Below are positions 59,782 to 64,000 of a stretch of DNA of 64,000 nucleotides, one piece after another. The number at the start of each line of letters is the position of its first letter. Position 1 is the stretch's first letter. Source of the DNA: Squalus acanthias (taxonomy: Eukaryota); the NCBI GenBank assembly GCA_030390025.1, contig CM059431.1, positions 117,058,001-117,122,000 on the forward strand. The letters are read 5' to 3'. The translations under genes were made by a program, and so were the position numbers. The notes under the pieces were generated by a model that was given only the letters and a program-made list of their open reading frames with translations, searched no databases and was not told the origin of the DNA.

Positions 59782-62700
59782 GGGCTAAAAATTCGATTAG
59801 GCCTGAAAACGGGCGCGGGGATCGCGATCGGACTGTGCTCGTTGAAAGTAATGCAGGCAGCACGCGACCTTTGTGCTGCCTGCTAATTACCATGATTGAT
59901 GCGTGCAGCCAAACGCTGAGTGCGCTGATTAGTGGTTGGGCGCTCAGCAGGAGCCGGTATTCATGCGTGGCTAGCTCTACTTAAAGCTAGCTTCCACTTT
60001 TAAAGGCAGTCTGCACCTCTTAAAGGTGATATTCATTCTGCATTCAGCAGCTGCTGGAACTGATTGTGAAGACAACTGTGAGGGAGTAATGGCTCAACAG
60101 AGCAGTGAAAGGGCACTGAGGTTTTCGGATGCAGCACTAGAGGCCTTAGTGCAGGGGATAGAAAGGAGAAGACAGGTCTTCTACCTGCAGGAGGCCAGGA
60201 GGCTCTCTAGACCCACAGTCAGAAGGCAGTGGGAGCAGATAGCCAAAGTGGTCACTGCCCGAGGACCTGGATCCAGCGCCGAAAGAAGTTCGATGACCTC
60301 GCACAACTGGTCAAGGTCAGTGAATGCACCTTTAAAAGCCATTTCTCAACAACTGCATCGCTTGCCTCGCACACTGCTCAATGCACCACATCCTCAGCGC
60401 TCATCTACCAACAATCTCTAGCAATCATGACTCATACCTCACATTGATAGCCTCATCTCACCCTCACACACTTACCGCTGCTGCAAGTCACACACCCACA
60501 TCTCACACCTTGCACACACTGCCAGCTATTCAACCATGACGGGCACATCACCCCCTCACTGACACACTTCTCTTTCTCTTGCAGGGCAAAGTGGCTCAAA
60601 ACGACAGGCAGCAGCAGCTAACTGGCAGGGGACGGGCAAGCTGGTATATCCTGACCCAGCTGGAAGAGACCGAGCTCGACATTATTGGAGGGACCGTCAC
60701 TGAGGCTGTGGCGATCGGCAAGGCTGAAACCATTGAAGATGACGGTATACACATACCTTTGCAGAGGACGCAGATGAGGACTTCAAAGGGGCAGCCTTCA
60801 GAAGAAGGGTGATGGGCATGCACACAGAAATGCATTGGCAGGCCTGCCAGAGAGCCTGTTTTCACTGTCAAGGAGCATGGAGGAGTCCTGCTCCAACCTT
60901 GCACAGGGCTTAACACAGAGCTTGGAGTCCATGGAAGTGATGGGCAACTCCATTAGAGCACTTGTGGACCCAACCATGATGCAGAATCTGATGGCCGATG
61001 GTTCAGCTTCCATTGCAGCACAAGCAGAAGCAATCCAACATCTGACTGCTGCAGTGGAAGCTCAGACTTTTGCCATGCAGGCTCAGCTTGCTGCCATCGT
61101 GGCTGCATTTACCAGTGTGGAAAGGGGCTTGCAGTGTGTCAGAGGAGTCCAGCAATCTGTCCTCCAACAGATTATGAGGATTGCTGAGGCGCCGCCCCGG
61201 GGGAGTTGCAATAGCTCCGTGGAGCGCAAGCCTGATGTCTTTTGTCAGGATGGCAACATTTGTACTCCCACCATTGCCACTCTGCCAGTGTCATTGTTGT
61301 TGCCTATCAGCCAGCCAGCATAGACTTCTGCCACCCATGCCGAGGTGTAGCAGTATACAGCTGGGCCTTCTCGGCCCAGAGCTGCTCGAGGTCGTCCTGC
61401 AAGTCCATCTGCAGTCTGCCCCACTGTAAGTCAGCATTCTTCTACCATTCATGCTGCAGCCACTGGGGTAGCACTTTGTAGGAGCACTAGGACAGGCAAA
61501 GGCACACTGAAGACAGGCACTAATGGAATGTACAAGGGTGATTAGTTGACTTTGTTATGTAATATTGGATTGATTGATTTCTAAATGTGGTTTGGAATGT
61601 TTGTTTTGTTGTGGGTTTCATTTCAGTATTGCGGCCAAGAGGATGCTGTGATGTTCCGAGACAGAGTGATAGTAAGGTGGGGAAGTATTGAACAAGGTGG
61701 ATCTGGGGTTTCATTCAGGGGAACGGGAGTCTGATGATGCGCTCACGGACAGCACTGTGCAGAACATGGATGGGCAGGCTGCCTCCTCCCTTCCTCCTCC
61801 ACCACCTCCTCCTCTCCCTCATCCTCCTCTTGAGGTGGTCGTGGAAACCGTGTTCGCAAGGGCTGCACCCTCATGATGGCCAAGTTGTAGAGGTTGTAGC
61901 AGGCCACCAGGAATTGGGACACCAGCTCTGGTGCATACTGGTGGGCTCCTTCTGAGCGGTCAAGGCAATGGAATGGTTGCTTGAGCACCCCAATGGTCTG
62001 CTTGATGACGTTCCTTGTGCCAGCATGGCTCTCATTATGTGAGTGATGGCCACAAGCGGTGGGGTTGTGGAGGGGGTCATCAGCCAGGTGTAGAGCAGAT
62101 AGCCCTTGCCACCGAGCAGTCACCCTCGGGTTCGACATGGTGGCTGAAAGATTGCTGGTACTGGAGCAGCATGAACGCATCATGCTTGCTGTCATGATAG
62201 TGGACATTCACCAGCATGATGTGCTTGGCATGGCCACACACCAACTGCACATTAAGTGGGTGGAACTCTTTACGGTTACACAACATCTCACCATTGAGAT
62301 GCGGCACCTGCAAAGCCACGTGTGTGCAGTTGAATGTGCACTGCACCATGGGGAAGCCCGATATCCTGGCAAAGCCATTCCTGATTCTCTCTGTTTATAG
62401 AGAAGACAATGAAGTCCCCTCTCCTAGCATACAGAGCCTCTGTGACCTCTAGGATGCAGCGATATACGGTGAACAGCAAAATGTTTGCTATGTCGCTCAT
62501 TCCAGCCGGGAAGGATCTGCTGGCAAAAGAATTCAGGGCCACAATCACCTTGAGGGCCACAGGCAGCGCCCTGGTCACCCTGCTCTGAGGCTGCAGGTCT
62601 GGTTCCAAGAGGTGGCAGAGTTCTCTGACCATCCACTTGGTGAAGCGGAGGCGCCGAACACATTGCTCCTGGCTTAGGTGTGGGTAGGAGAAGTGCTCCC

Positions 62701-62918
62701 TGAAGACCCGAGGTGGGCAAGAAAATGGCACGTGTGCGTCAAATCAGCATTACACACTGACTGACGTCATGCCTACCCTGCATACTACTGGCTGTGCTCT
62801 CGCTGTCACCAAGATGACGAACAGGGCGGGCCGCGTGGAAGTGGGCGGAAGCGAGGAGGACGGCATTTTTTTTTAAACGGCTAAAACTACCGGTGCTACA
62901 AGGGTGAAATTCACAGCC
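59782..62918. mobile_element. Degraded Harbinger, same family as 41533-57589
   Basis: GGGCTAAAAATT / AATTCACAGCC ends with ATA TSD; Myb-like gene (+, from about 60089, RFSDAALEALV...RKKFDDL); frameshifted transposase (-, about 61710-62731). Confidence 0.85.
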
Positions 62919-63051
62919 ATAATACATGTGGAGAATGGTATCTTTTCTCAGCCAAGTATCCAGTATCTAGAAAACGAAGCAAAGGCAACAACGCCTGTAT
63001 CCTCTAGATGGAGCTACTTGTGACTCAGATGAAGGTTGTATTCTCTGGCTT

Positions 63052-63852
63052 TTTTAAATTCGTTTATGGGATGTGGGCGTCGCTGGCAAGGCCAGCATTT
63101 ATTGCCCATCCCTAATTGCCCTTGAGAAGGTGGTGGTGAGCCTCCTTCTTGAACCGCTGCAGTCAGTGTGGTGAAGGTACTCCCACAGTGCTGTTAGGGA
63201 GGGAGTTCCAGGATTTTGACCCAACGCCAATGAAGGATCGGTGATATACTTCTAAGTCAGGATGATGTGTGACTTGGATGGGAACTTGGAGGTGGTGGTG
63301 TTCCCATGCACCTACTGCCCTTGTCCTTCTAGGTGGTAGAGGTTGCGAGTTTGGGAGGTGCTGCCGAAGAAGCCTTGGCGAGTTGCTGCAGTGCATCTTG
63401 TAGATGGTATGCACTGCAGCCATGGTACGCCGGTGGTGGAGGGATGGAATATTTAAGGTGGTGGATGGGGCGCCAATCAAGCGGGCTACTTTGTCCTGGA
63501 TGGTGTTGAGCTTCTTGAGTGTTGTTGGAGCTGCACTCATCCAGGCAAGTGGAGAGTATTCCATCACACTCCTTACTTGTGCCTTGTAGATGGTGGAAAG
63601 GCTTTGGGGAGTCAGGAGGTGAGACACTCACTGCAGAATACCTAGCCTCTGACCTGCTCTTGTTGCCACAGTATTTATGTGGCTGGTCCAGTTAAGTTTC
63701 TGGTCAATGGTGACCCCCAGGATGTTGATGGTGGGGGATTTAGCGATGGTAATGCCGCTGAATGTCAAAGGGCAGTGGTTAGACTCTTGCTTGTTGGAGA
63801 TAGTCATTGCCTGGCATTTGTGTGGCGCGGATGTTACCTGCCACTTATCAGC
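63052..63852 (-). mobile_element. CR1-group LINE 3' fragment (second family)
   Basis: LGVTIDQKLNWTSHI, IYKAQVRSVMEYSPLAW; its 3' end (cgctggcaaggcc.gcatttattgc) recurs at about 12040 and 12525. Confidence 0.8.
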
Positions 63853-64000
63853 AGTTGGATCACGCAAAGGCTAATATGGAAACAAATGAAATGCCAACTT
63901 GTTCAAACAATAAGCAAATCAGGTTACATCTAAACTTTGGAACTACCCAAGAATGAATACTACAGACTTCACTACTCATGTTCAACAAAACAAAATTGAA

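Overview
Repeat-dense eukaryotic DNA with no recognisable host gene. The mix of Deu-domain/SacSINE-like SINEs, CR1 and L2 LINEs and abundant PIF/Harbinger elements suggests a cartilaginous fish; this is inference. The centrepiece is an apparently intact, very young 12.6-kb endogenous retrovirus-like provirus (43584-56167, +). It has 1621-bp LTRs in which I see one difference, a GGCT target-site duplication (TSD) and a tRNA-Arg primer-binding site (PBS). Gag carries PSAP/PPxY late domains and is joined to pol in frame through a UGA-CUAG readthrough context. Pol has a dead RNase H tether followed by a second, retrovirus-type RNase H and a GPY/F integrase. The 783-aa env looks like a class I F-type fusion protein rather than a gamma-type Env and has an N-terminal Ig-like domain. 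This architecture best fits the lokiretrovirus lineage. Two solo LTRs of a sister family (5895-7631, 22358-24037) and further LTR remnants (36700-39180) are also present, and every LTR insertion lies inside a Harbinger element. At least five two-gene Harbinger copies (transposase plus spliced Myb/SANT-like gene) occur, one nearly intact (280-4528), together with MITEs, minisatellites and LINE/SINE debris. All calls come from motif reading by eye; no database searches were run, and boundaries of degraded repeats are approximate.
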